Assembly (NCBI GenBank): GCA_001780955.1
Contig: MFJR01000007.1
Span: forward strand, 75,053-139,052
Origin: Candidatus Gottesmanbacteria bacterium RIFCSPLOWO2_01_FULL_39_12b
GTDB lineage: Bacteria; Patescibacteriota; Microgenomatia; 2-02-FULL-39-11
Length of the DNA stretch: 64,000 nucleotides
Direction of reading: 5' to 3'
Made by a program: the position numbers and the translations under genes. The stretch's first letter is position 1, and the number at the start of each line of letters is the position of its first letter. The notes under the pieces are model-generated. The model was not told the origin of the DNA, made no database searches, and saw only the letters and a program-made list of their open reading frames with translations. Positions 55,966 to 64,000 of this stretch are shown here, in pieces.

Positions 55966-56877
55966 ATGAAACAACAACTTGCAAGATCATTAAAAAGACT
56001 AGCGATGAAAGACAGGAAAATAATCTTTATAACCGGAGATTTAGGATTTAACGCTTTTGAAGAGTTACAAAAAACGATGCAGGACAGATTCATTAACGCC
56101 GGTGTAGCCGAACATAACATGATTACGCTGGCCGCAGGTTTGGCTTATATGGGTTTTAAACCCTGGATATACAGTATTGCACCATTTATCACAATTAAAG
56201 TATTAGAGGAGATACGTAATGATGTTAGTTTGACAAAGTCAGACATAAAAATTATAGGACTAGGAGCTGGATTTGATTATGGAATAGCCGGACCAACCCA
56301 TCATGCCATACAAGATGTTGGCGCAGTTCTTTCACTGCCTAATATGAAGGTATACGCCCCGGGATTTATTGAAGATGTCGATACGGTTATTGATAAGATA
56401 TACCGTTATAAAGGACCAGTTTACTTAAGATTATCGAAGGAAGAAAAAGCAAAACTAAAAGTTCCCCAATATGCACCTCTTAGAAGGATTAATAGAGGAG
56501 CGAAAGTTACCGTCGTGGCATTAGGTAATATTATTCAGGAAGTAATTAAGGCCTCCTTTCTTCTCAAAGATAATTTAAGAAGCATTGATATTTGGATAGT
56601 TAGTGAATTGCCACTAAAATTTGAACAGAAATTGATCGACTCGATCAAGAGGACGAGAAAATTAATCGTGGTGGAAGAACATGTTTCAACAGGGGGACTG
56701 GGAGCATATTTATCCTCATACCTTATGAAAAATTACCCTATGGTAGTTAAACAGTTTACTCACAAGTGTGTACAGGGATATAAAAGCAGAAATTACGGAG
56801 ATAGACAGTTTCATTTGCGAGAGAATGATTTGGATGCTGAAAGTATTTTTTCAACTTTGAAAACATTCACTTCTTAA
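55966..56877 (+). CDS. Transketolase, C-terminal (pyrimidine-binding) subunit
   Basis: FINAGVAEHNMITLAAGLAYMGFKPWIYSIAPFIT, PTHHAIQDVGAVLSLPNMKVYAP. Confidence 0.85.
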   Translation: MKQQLARSLKRLAMKDRKIIFITGDLGFNAFEELQKTMQDRFINAGVAEHNMITLAAGLAYMGFKPWIYSIAPFITIKVLEEIRNDVSLTKSDIKIIGLGAGFDYGIAGPTHHAIQDVGAVLSLPNMKVYAPGFIEDVDTVIDKIYRYKGPVYLRLSKEEKAKLKVPQYAPLRRINRGAKVTVVALGNIIQEVIKASFLLKDNLRSIDIWIVSELPLKFEQKLIDSIKRTRKLIVVEEHVSTGGLGAYLSSYLMKNYPMVVKQFTHKCVQGYKSRNYGDRQFHLRENDLDAESIFSTLKTFTS

Positions 56878-56883
56878 ATCTAT

Positions 56884-57843
56884 TTGTCAAAAGATAAATC
56901 TTTTATCAATAAACTTAATGGTCCGATTGCAGTCTTTGGCGCAGGTGGATTTATTGGTTTCAATTTACTTCAAAAATTATTGGAAAGACGGCAGGATGTT
57001 TTAGGGTTGTCGCATGACCCAAAAAACTCATGGAGAATTAAGGAATCACCCAAGATACAAAGATATATCCAAAGATGTGATGTCTTAAATATCTTAGAGT
57101 TGAAAACAATACTTAATAAATATAAACCTCAAACAATTTTTAATTTAGCCGCTTATGGGGCGTATTCAGATCAGCAGAATATAGAATATATTTATTCGAC
57201 TAATTTCAACTCGACAATCTCTATAATAGAGATTCTTAAAAGAAATGGGTTTAAGGCTTATATTCATGCCGGTTCCCAATCGGAATATGGGTTAAATTCG
57301 TCTGGACCTTTCGAAGATAACGATCTTATACCGAACAGTCATTATGCGGTAGCTAAGGTAGCATCTCATTATTTGATCAAGTATTACGGATTAGTAGAAA
57401 AATTACCGGTTATTCATCTAAGATTTTATTCAGTCTACGGACCGTGGGAAGAGAAAGGAAGATTAATTAAGACAATCATCGAAAAAGCAAAAAATAAAAA
57501 ATTACCTGATTTTGTTGATCCAAATGTAACCCACGATTTTATTTATATTGACGATGTCATTGAGGCCATAATTATCTCAGCTGTTAAAGTAAACAAAAAA
57601 ATATTTGGAGAAGTATTTAACGTTGCCACAGGCAAAAAAACTTCAATTAAAGAAATAGCGTTTCTTGCTAAAAAAATATTTAGATTAACCGTTCAACCTA
57701 AGTTTAATAGAATGCAAAACAGGCTATGGGATATGGCTGATTGGTACGGAAACAGCAATAAAGCGTTAAAAGTATTAGGGTGGCAGGCAAAGGTTAGCCT
57801 GACGGAAGGATTGATAAAAACCTACCAGCACAAATATGGCTAA
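56884..57843 (+). CDS. NAD-dependent NDP-sugar epimerase/dehydratase
   Basis: IAVFGAGGFIGFNLLQKLL, YAVAKVASH. Confidence 0.7.
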   Translation: MSKDKSFINKLNGPIAVFGAGGFIGFNLLQKLLERRQDVLGLSHDPKNSWRIKESPKIQRYIQRCDVLNILELKTILNKYKPQTIFNLAAYGAYSDQQNIEYIYSTNFNSTISIIEILKRNGFKAYIHAGSQSEYGLNSSGPFEDNDLIPNSHYAVAKVASHYLIKYYGLVEKLPVIHLRFYSVYGPWEEKGRLIKTIIEKAKNKKLPDFVDPNVTHDFIYIDDVIEAIIISAVKVNKKIFGEVFNVATGKKTSIKEIAFLAKKIFRLTVQPKFNRMQNRLWDMADWYGNSNKALKVLGWQAKVSLTEGLIKTYQHKYG

Positions 57844-58549
57844 GAATGTTATTTTGTCTGTTGTTTTTCCTGTTTTAAATCAGGCAGATCATATTAACAG
57901 GGTAATAAGTTCTTATCATAAATCTTTATCAAAGTTAAATATCAGATTTGAACTGATTACAGTAGTTAATGGTTCTTCCGATAACAGTATCGAAATCTGT
58001 AATAGCTTGGCTAAAAAAATAGACAATCTTCGAGTCTATGAAATAAAAGAAAAAGGCTATGGTCTTGGAATCCTTTACGGTATGGATAAAGCTGAGGGAA
58101 AATACCTCTGTTATTTAAATTCAGCAAGAGTATACGAAGATGAGCTGGTAAAATGTGTCAGAATTTTCCTCACCAAACCCGGGCTTTTATTGCAGGCGAT
58201 CAGGGTAAAAAGAGACGTTTATTACCGAAGACTAAGTTCAGTCATTTACAATTTCTTCTGTTGTTTAATATTTGGAATTCGTTCTCCCGATATTAACGGC
58301 AGCCCTAAAATATTTAGCAGAGAAAACTATCATTTACTTAATTTAAAATTTACTGACAGTATGATCGATTTAGAATTATTAGAGAAAGCTAAAGAGCAAG
58401 GACTGAAAGTGCTTGAAGTGCCTATTTACAAAAATAAAAGACACGGTGGCATTTCCACATCGAACTATAACACGATATTAAGACTGATAAGAGAAGTTAT
58501 ACGCTACTTTATCCTGACAAGATTATCTAAGAGAGCTTATAGCCTATAA
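57836..58549 (+). CDS. GT2 family glycosyltransferase
   Basis: ILSVVFPVLNQADHINRVISS...ELITVVNGSSDNS. 237 aa. Confidence 0.6.
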   Translation: MAKNVILSVVFPVLNQADHINRVISSYHKSLSKLNIRFELITVVNGSSDNSIEICNSLAKKIDNLRVYEIKEKGYGLGILYGMDKAEGKYLCYLNSARVYEDELVKCVRIFLTKPGLLLQAIRVKRDVYYRRLSSVIYNFFCCLIFGIRSPDINGSPKIFSRENYHLLNLKFTDSMIDLELLEKAKEQGLKVLEVPIYKNKRHGGISTSNYNTILRLIREVIRYFILTRLSKRAYSL

Positions 58550-58553
58550 TATT

Positions 58554-60116
58554 TCAGTTCTCCAAAATCCTTCTTTTTTCTATGTATATATCCGCGTTAA
58601 ACTTTATTGCATTCATTACAGAAGTATTAGAAAAAGGCGCCAGAAATTCCTCTAACTTCCAGTATTTTATGTCTTTTATGTCTTTCGACTGGATAATGAG
58701 ATAAATGAAATCCTGGTTTCCGGTTTTTTGAAGAGGGGTAAAGGACAACTTATTAGGTACATAGTCATATGTTTGAGGCCGGTAACTGAAATCTTTAGGG
58801 AGTGGCAAATTATTTTTTTGGGCATACCACCAAAACAAGTACTGATAAGGATAGTCATAGACAGAAGGTGAATAGTTATAAACTCTAAATGGGACACCTT
58901 TTGAATCCGAGTAGATCCAGGAGATCGCTTCCAGCTCATTTATTAGACTGCTTGGATCCTGACTGGATAATTTCTGATTGATATTCTGAAGATAATCTGA
59001 GGGTTGACTGTAAACAATAATTAAGAAAATGATTGTAACGAAAGATACAAACCGAATAATTTTAACCCGAAAAGAGAAAAATAGGCCAAGGCAGATTAAT
59101 AAAACATAGAATGATGGAAAACTGGCAAAGTACCATGATTTGATCCCTGGGGGGAAAAGGAAAGTATAATATAAAAACGGTATTAACCATAACAAAAAAC
59201 TATAGTAGCATATCAAACTGACCGTTTTATTTTTGACGTGTTTTATTTGCAAGAGGCCTCTTGTCAGATAAAAAAATAGAGTTAAAGTTAAAATCAAGTT
59301 ATTTTTACCCATCGTTTGGTAAAATTGCTTTATAAGAAGGAAGAGACGGTCTGGTATTCTAGACCAGAGTGGTAAACTGCCGCCTAAATCTGCGCCCTGT
59401 TTCCCTAATGCCTTCAATATAGAATGAATTTGTAGGAATTCGTGGCGGATATCAAAAATTACTTGAGGTAAAAATGGAATTAACCAAACTATTATCAAAA
59501 GCATTTTATATCTAATATTCAAATTTCTAATCTGTCTGAAAAGAATTATAAATAATGCGAGATTAAAACCTATAGCCACGACCGGTTCAAAGTGAAACGA
59601 CAAACTGGCAACAAGTCCTAGGGCTAATAAAGTTTTTTTATTTTGCGCTGACAAAAGAAGCCATATAGCTATAAGATTAATTAATAGAAAAACGTCCACC
59701 ACAAACCCGTTAGCTGAGATTGAAATCAGGTATGATGAAAATGCGAAAAAGGAAGCTAACAATATTCCGAATATTTTACTTATCCTTTTTCCGAGCATAA
59801 GAGCTAAGATCACACAAAGTGTATTCATGATCGTCGATAAAATTGCCGGACTTCTGGGGTCTCCGTGAAAAACGAAATAGATAAAAGCGATTAAATAATA
59901 CCAAGTAGGCCCAAAAAAAATACCTTTGATGCCCCCTTCGGGTCCAACAAGTCTGAATTTTTTTAACTCAACTATTTCTCTTACTTCCAACATAGTCAGT
60001 CCATGGTCGAAATTAAATGGCACATCGTAACTCAAGATTCTTTGAATCCGGAAGAAAAGGGCGGTTGAAATTATAAATATAGATATCAGGATAAAGATAA
60101 TGCTTGATTTGCTCAT
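58554..60116 (-). CDS. Polytopic membrane protein with a C-terminal soluble domain, putative GT-C glycosyltransferase
   Basis: 520 aa. About 11 hydrophobic segments over the first ~330 aa, then a hydrophilic ~180 aa tail. Confidence 0.45.
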   Translation of the reverse strand: MSKSSIIFILISIFIISTALFFRIQRILSYDVPFNFDHGLTMLEVREIVELKKFRLVGPEGGIKGIFFGPTWYYLIAFIYFVFHGDPRSPAILSTIMNTLCVILALMLGKRISKIFGILLASFFAFSSYLISISANGFVVDVFLLINLIAIWLLLSAQNKKTLLALGLVASLSFHFEPVVAIGFNLALFIILFRQIRNLNIRYKMLLIIVWLIPFLPQVIFDIRHEFLQIHSILKALGKQGADLGGSLPLWSRIPDRLFLLIKQFYQTMGKNNLILTLTLFFYLTRGLLQIKHVKNKTVSLICYYSFLLWLIPFLYYTFLFPPGIKSWYFASFPSFYVLLICLGLFFSFRVKIIRFVSFVTIIFLIIVYSQPSDYLQNINQKLSSQDPSSLINELEAISWIYSDSKGVPFRVYNYSPSVYDYPYQYLFWWYAQKNNLPLPKDFSYRPQTYDYVPNKLSFTPLQKTGNQDFIYLIIQSKDIKDIKYWKLEEFLAPFSNTSVMNAIKFNADIYIEKRRILEN

Positions 60117-60169
60117 ATACTATGATTATAAGGTTCTACCCCAAGTTTACCAGATTATTGCCCTCTTGA

Positions 60170-61102
60170 TTGGGAGAGGTTAAAATAAAACGTATGGGAA
60201 ATCTAAGCGTGGATTTTATTGTTCCAACATTAAATATAAATCCTGAAAGGATAGTCGAGTGTAAAAATTCTATTCTCACTCAAAAAGAAAAATTTAAAAT
60301 AAATATTTTCATAGAGAAAGGTTCTAGCTTTACGAAATCCGTAAACAGGGGTATCAGAAAAGGAAAAGGTCAATACGTTGCCCTTATTAACGATGATGTA
60401 ATATTGACCCCGACTTGGCTGGATGAGGCTATAAAGATTTTAGAGATGAATAAAAGATGCGCGGCAGTTGCAACAAGAGTGCTAAGTTTCGATGGAGTCT
60501 ATATAGACAGTTGCGGTATGGATTATAAGATTATAGGTCGAGCGATTAAACGTGGAAACGGGTTAATAGAAAGTAAACTACTTTTTAGCAAAGTTGAAGA
60601 AGTGTTTGGAGTTCCTTGTTCGGCAGCTTTATTTAAAAGAGAACCTTTAATAAAAGCCGGGTTATTTGATGAGAAATTTTACGCATATTTAGAAGATGTG
60701 GATCTCTCATTCAGGCTTAGACTGATGGGTTACACTCTTTTTTTTGCTCCCAAATCAATAGCCTTCCATTTAGGAGAGGCGACCAGTTCTCTCTTTGGTA
60801 ATTTAAAGTCTATGATGGATGCGAGAAACTGGTTTTATATCATTGTCAAAAACTATCCTCTAAATATTATTAAAAGTAATTTTGACGAAATTTTTCTTGA
60901 GCGACTGAAGAATTTAAGCGGATTGATAAAAGACACGATCCAAAAATACGGTTGGAGATCTGTTTGGGTTTTACCGGTTTCTGTAGCTTTTGTATTTGGT
61001 GCAATTTTGAGAAGATTTCCTAAATTAATAAGCGATAGGAAGAAAATTCAGAATACGAGAAAAATTAGAGATGATGAAATTGAAACTTGGATGAAAGATT
61101 GA
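60170..61102 (+). CDS. GT2 family glycosyltransferase (rhamnosyl/galactosyl-transferase-like)
   Basis: DFIVPTLN...YVALINDDVILTPTWL...GVPCSAALFKREPLIKAGLFDEKFYAYLEDVDLSFRL. The true start may be the ATG at 60194. Confidence 0.8.
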   Translation: MGEVKIKRMGNLSVDFIVPTLNINPERIVECKNSILTQKEKFKINIFIEKGSSFTKSVNRGIRKGKGQYVALINDDVILTPTWLDEAIKILEMNKRCAAVATRVLSFDGVYIDSCGMDYKIIGRAIKRGNGLIESKLLFSKVEEVFGVPCSAALFKREPLIKAGLFDEKFYAYLEDVDLSFRLRLMGYTLFFAPKSIAFHLGEATSSLFGNLKSMMDARNWFYIIVKNYPLNIIKSNFDEIFLERLKNLSGLIKDTIQKYGWRSVWVLPVSVAFVFGAILRRFPKLISDRKKIQNTRKIRDDEIETWMKD

Positions 61103-61111
61103 AATTTAAAT

Positions 61112-62419
61112 ATGACTCCCAAGAAAGCCCAAATTAGTTTACTTCTAAGATTTATTTATACCCACCTGTTTTTTTCCAAAACTGTCAGGAATACTTACTT
61201 TGTTTTTTTGGGAAATTCAATCGCCATAATATTTGCGTTTGTTTATTCGGTCACTGCCTGGAGACTTCTTAGCGAAGCTGACTTTGGTTATTTATCTGCT
61301 CTTCTTGCCTTTTTACTCCTCATATCTGATGTTGTTGACATAGGGATCGGTAGTTCGCTCTCACATTTTTTACCCCCCCTGGAAGGAAAAATATCAAAGC
61401 TCTTCGGTTTTCTCAAGACCGCATTTCTATATCAATTCATAATAGGTCTTTTAGTTGTATTCATAATTTTTAATTTCTCTTTTTTACTTTCAGATGTAAT
61501 TTTTCATAAAAATGAGTTGGAAATATTATTGAAGATTAATTCAATCGGAGTTTTAGGAAATATTATTTTCAATTTCTTTATCTATGCGCTTTCGGCTCGA
61601 CAAAAATTTGTAAGGGTGTCGATTCTCACCGCTTTAAGCGGATTTATGAGATTATTTTCGCTTGCCTTGTTGATGTTAATCTCTGGAGTAATCTTAATAA
61701 ACGTAGTTCTTATACAAACGGTAAGTTTTATTCTTTTGGCGGTAATTGCTTTATGCTTGGCAGATTTTAAATTTTTAGAGGCTTCAGTCAGAATAGTCGA
61801 TCTTAAGAAACTATTTTCATTTTCGAAATATATTGGAATTGCCAGAGGATTTACGGCTATAGCAAACAGGCTTGATGTTTTGATGCTGGTAGCCTTAAAA
61901 AGTCCAGAGGAGGCCGGAATCTACGCCATTGCCTCAAGAGTGATATCCGTATACCCTCTGTTTTCAGGAAGTGTTACAACGGTTATTGCACCTAGGATTA
62001 CGGCTATCAAAAACGCTATGGAACTGAAACGATACATCAATAAAGTAATTTTGCTTACCCTGGGTTTGATTTCGTCAATCATTGTTTTGATCATCATAGC
62101 TTTCCCTTTTATGACTATTTTGTTTGGACAAAAATCTATTCCAGCCGTAGTCGTTTTGCAGCTTCTACTGGTAAGTATGATCTTTTTTGTCGGTTCCATT
62201 CCTTCGGTGGCCGTTTCTATTTACTACCTGAAAAAACCCGGTATTCTAACTTTAAATAGCGTAATACAGTTACTTATAGTAATATTTTGCAATCTATACT
62301 TTATTCCCAAGTACGGAAGATTCGGAGCCGCTTATTCACTGATTATTGCCTTTGGAGCTACTTTCTTTTTGACATCATTTCTCAGTTTGTATTATTTTCG
62401 AAAAACCCTTTCCAAATGA
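61112..62419 (+). CDS. Wzx-like oligosaccharide flippase (polysaccharide biosynthesis protein, MOP superfamily)
   Basis: 435 aa, about 12 TM. N-terminal WRLLSEADFGYLSALLAF...SDVVDIGIGSSL pattern typical of Wzx/RfbX proteins. Confidence 0.55.
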   Translation: MTPKKAQISLLLRFIYTHLFFSKTVRNTYFVFLGNSIAIIFAFVYSVTAWRLLSEADFGYLSALLAFLLLISDVVDIGIGSSLSHFLPPLEGKISKLFGFLKTAFLYQFIIGLLVVFIIFNFSFLLSDVIFHKNELEILLKINSIGVLGNIIFNFFIYALSARQKFVRVSILTALSGFMRLFSLALLMLISGVILINVVLIQTVSFILLAVIALCLADFKFLEASVRIVDLKKLFSFSKYIGIARGFTAIANRLDVLMLVALKSPEEAGIYAIASRVISVYPLFSGSVTTVIAPRITAIKNAMELKRYINKVILLTLGLISSIIVLIIIAFPFMTILFGQKSIPAVVVLQLLLVSMIFFVGSIPSVAVSIYYLKKPGILTLNSVIQLLIVIFCNLYFIPKYGRFGAAYSLIIAFGATFFLTSFLSLYYFRKTLSK

Positions 62420-63132
62420 AACTTTCAATTATAGTTCCGGTTTATAATGAAGAAAAAACTATTAGTTCAGTCCTGGAAAAATTATTTAAGGTAGAATTAT
62501 CCTGTAAAAAAGAAATTGTTGTTGTCAATGATGGTTCAACAGATTCAACCTATAAAAAAATATTGAATTTTGAAAAGCGAAATAAAATAAATGTTATTAA
62601 CCATTCTAAAAACCTTGGTAAGGGTTCTGCCATAAATTCTGGTCTCAAGCAAGCTACTGGTAATTATGTCTTAATTCAGGATGCGGATTTAGAATATGAT
62701 CCTTCCGAAATATCAAAATTGTTAAATCCAATCTTGAAGGAACAGGGAACTAATAAAAAAATAGCCGTCTATGGATCCCGTTTCCTCAATAATAAAATCG
62801 TGATGCCATTTCTATATTATTTAGGTAATAAGTTGCTGACCTTCCTGACAAATATTATCTGTAGTACTAATCTTTCTGATATGGAAACAGGATATAAACT
62901 GATCCCTTTGGATTTTTTTAAAAAAATGAATTTAAGATCATCAAGATTTGATATTGAGCCGGAAATAACTATTAAACTTATTAATCATAAAATACCGATA
63001 ATTGAAATTCCTATTAACTATAAGGGGAGATCACGCCTATCGGGTAAGAAGTTATCAATGCTTGATGCCTATGGAGCTCTTAAAGCTCTTTTTAGATACC
63101 GCTTTTTAGATAGAAATCCATGGTCTATTTAA
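62416..63132 (+). CDS. GT2 family glycosyltransferase (DPM1-like)
   Basis: MKLSIIVPVYNEEKTISSVL...IVVVNDGSTDSTYK...LIQDADLEYDP. ATGA overlap with the flippase stop (the track ORF start at 62287 is an upstream extension). Confidence 0.8.
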   Translation: MKLSIIVPVYNEEKTISSVLEKLFKVELSCKKEIVVVNDGSTDSTYKKILNFEKRNKINVINHSKNLGKGSAINSGLKQATGNYVLIQDADLEYDPSEISKLLNPILKEQGTNKKIAVYGSRFLNNKIVMPFLYYLGNKLLTFLTNIICSTNLSDMETGYKLIPLDFFKKMNLRSSRFDIEPEITIKLINHKIPIIEIPINYKGRSRLSGKKLSMLDAYGALKALFRYRFLDRNPWSI

Positions 63133-64000
63133 TTTTACTATTGGGTCTTATTGTAAGACTGATCAATATCAATCAGTCACTTTGGTTAGATGAGGCTATA
63201 AATGTTTTAGCTGTAAGGGATTTTAAACTTTTTGATCTAATTACTATCTATTCGCCTGGTGATTTTCACCCACCGCTTTACCACGTTATTTTATGGTTTT
63301 GGATAAGACTATTTGGAACCAACGAAATATCCGTAAGATTATTATCTGTTGTTTTTGGACTGGGAACTTTATGGGTTTGTTATCTATTGATAAAAAAATT
63401 CTTTAGCGAAAAACAGGCTATCCTCTCAACAATTCTTCTTGCTACCTCACCACTCCACATCTATTATTCACAGGAGGCAAGAATGTATATGGAAACGGCA
63501 TTTTTTGCGATAGTTTCCGTCTATTTTTTTCTAAACGTGATATCTGAGGGTAAAAAATGTAATTTGGGATCTTATATCGGATTTATTATTTCCACCACGC
63601 TACTTCTCTACAGCGAATATGTTCCTTATTTCTTGGTCTTATCGCAAAACTTAATATACTTACCATTAATTTATACTCATAAACGATTGATGAGAAAGTG
63701 GTTACTTTCCCTCTCTTTTATTCTCCTGATGTTGATACCATGGTTGCCATATTTATGGTTGCAGCTCAACATAGCTATTGGAGTCGCAAGATCCTATCCT
63801 CTATGGAATAGTGTCGTTGGTCAGGCCAGTTGGAAAACAGTTCCCCTTTTGATAACAAAATTTTTGATCGGGCATATCACTATTCAAGATAAATTAATTT
63901 ACGGAATTACGACAATCCCCCTAATTTTATTGGTGGGTATACTTTCATTGAACTATTGGAAGGCGGGAAAAGATAACTGGATAAATAAAGTCGTCATAAA
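63120..64000 (+). CDS. ArnT/PMT-family GT-C glycosyltransferase (GT39/GT83-like), 3'-truncated by the window edge
   Basis: Open frame from ATG 63120 to the window end: MVYLILLLGLIVRLINI...SLWLDEAINVLAVRD (DE motif in the first extracytoplasmic loop) ...HPPLYHVILWFWIRLFG...LYSEYVPYFLV. Not in the ORF track because it lacks a stop. Confidence 0.6.
   Translation, partial: MVYLILLLGLIVRLININQSLWLDEAINVLAVRDFKLFDLITIYSPGDFHPPLYHVILWFWIRLFGTNEISVRLLSVVFGLGTLWVCYLLIKKFFSEKQAILSTILLATSPLHIYYSQEARMYMETAFFAIVSVYFFLNVISEGKKCNLGSYIGFIISTTLLLYSEYVPYFLVLSQNLIYLPLIYTHKRLMRKWLLSLSFILLMLIPWLPYLWLQLNIAIGVARSYPLWNSVVGQASWKTVPLLITKFLIGHITIQDKLIYGITTIPLILLVGILSLNYWKAGKDNWINKVVI

Noticed and set aside
60170-60193. 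First 8 codons of the GT2 ORF (MGEVKIKR) as real N-terminus
   Set aside because: A GGAGAGG purine tract overlaps these codons, and a second ATG at 60194 gives a typical GT2 start (MGNLSVDFIVPTLN). The start is left ambiguous rather than asserted.
62287-62415. Upstream 43-codon extension of the DPM1-like GT2 overlapping the flippase
   Set aside because: The conserved GT2 N-terminus (MKLSIIVPVYNEE) begins at the ATG at 62416. That ATG forms an ATGA overlap with the flippase stop. The extension is an ORF-caller artefact.
1-64000. tRNA, rRNA, CRISPR, integrase/transposase, toxin-antitoxin or defence-system genes
   Set aside because: None was found on either strand. No intergenic region exceeds 140 bp. 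All sizeable ORFs have carbohydrate-metabolism or membrane identities.

Overview
The whole 64 kb window is one very large, densely packed surface-glycan / cell-envelope glycosylation island from a low-GC (~33% GC by eye) prokaryote. Genes overlap tightly (ATGA-type overlaps) and most lack a Shine-Dalgarno sequence, which would fit a Patescibacteria/CPR-like or similarly reduced organism. That taxonomic placement is a guess.

No rRNA, tRNA, CRISPR array, transposase or integrase was found.

Content on the + strand, 248-9705: GT2 and GT4 glycosyltransferases, two GT-C-like polytopic membrane proteins and a Wzm/Wzt-type ABC-2 polysaccharide exporter.

Content on the - strand, 9699-24625: an operon of seven tandem paralogous giant (600-750 aa) polytopic membrane proteins. 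They fall into two subfamilies that share a conserved C-terminal extracytoplasmic domain.

Content from 24766 to 60116:
- a hexapeptide-repeat acetyltransferase;
- a methyltransferase with a long C-terminal extension ending in a predicted coiled coil;
- a CDP-3,6-dideoxyhexose pathway: glucose-1-P cytidylyltransferase DdhA, two RfbG-like 4,6-dehydratases, and the Fe-S/PMP 3-dehydrase DdhC (E1);
- a WbqC-like protein;
- tandem duplicated beta-propeller glycosidase-like genes;
- a GNAT acetyltransferase with a frameshifted 3-hydroxyacyl-CoA dehydrogenase and a thiolase;
- four class-I SAM methyltransferases;
- three GtrB/ArnC-like polyprenol-phosphate GT2 enzymes;
- a DegT-family sugar aminotransferase;
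- an acetolactate-synthase-like ThDP enzyme (YerE-like) with an adjacent SDR;
- a dehydroquinate-synthase-like sugar-phosphate cyclase with an SDR and an HpcH-like aldolase;
- a split transketolase;
- several NDP-sugar epimerase/dehydratases, a Gfo/Idh/MocA oxidoreductase and an FAD oxidoreductase.

Content from 60170 to the end: further GT2s, a Wzx-like flippase and a partial ArnT/PMT-like GT-C gene.

The most unusual things are:
- the seven-gene paralog array of unassigned membrane proteins with a shared C-terminal module;
- the extreme density of GT-C-like proteins (about 12 in 64 kb) alongside three polyprenol-P-sugar synthases;
- the combination of enzymes pointing to branched-chain, cyclitol-like or acylated sugar moieties.

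All functional calls come from motif recognition by eye. No database searches were run.
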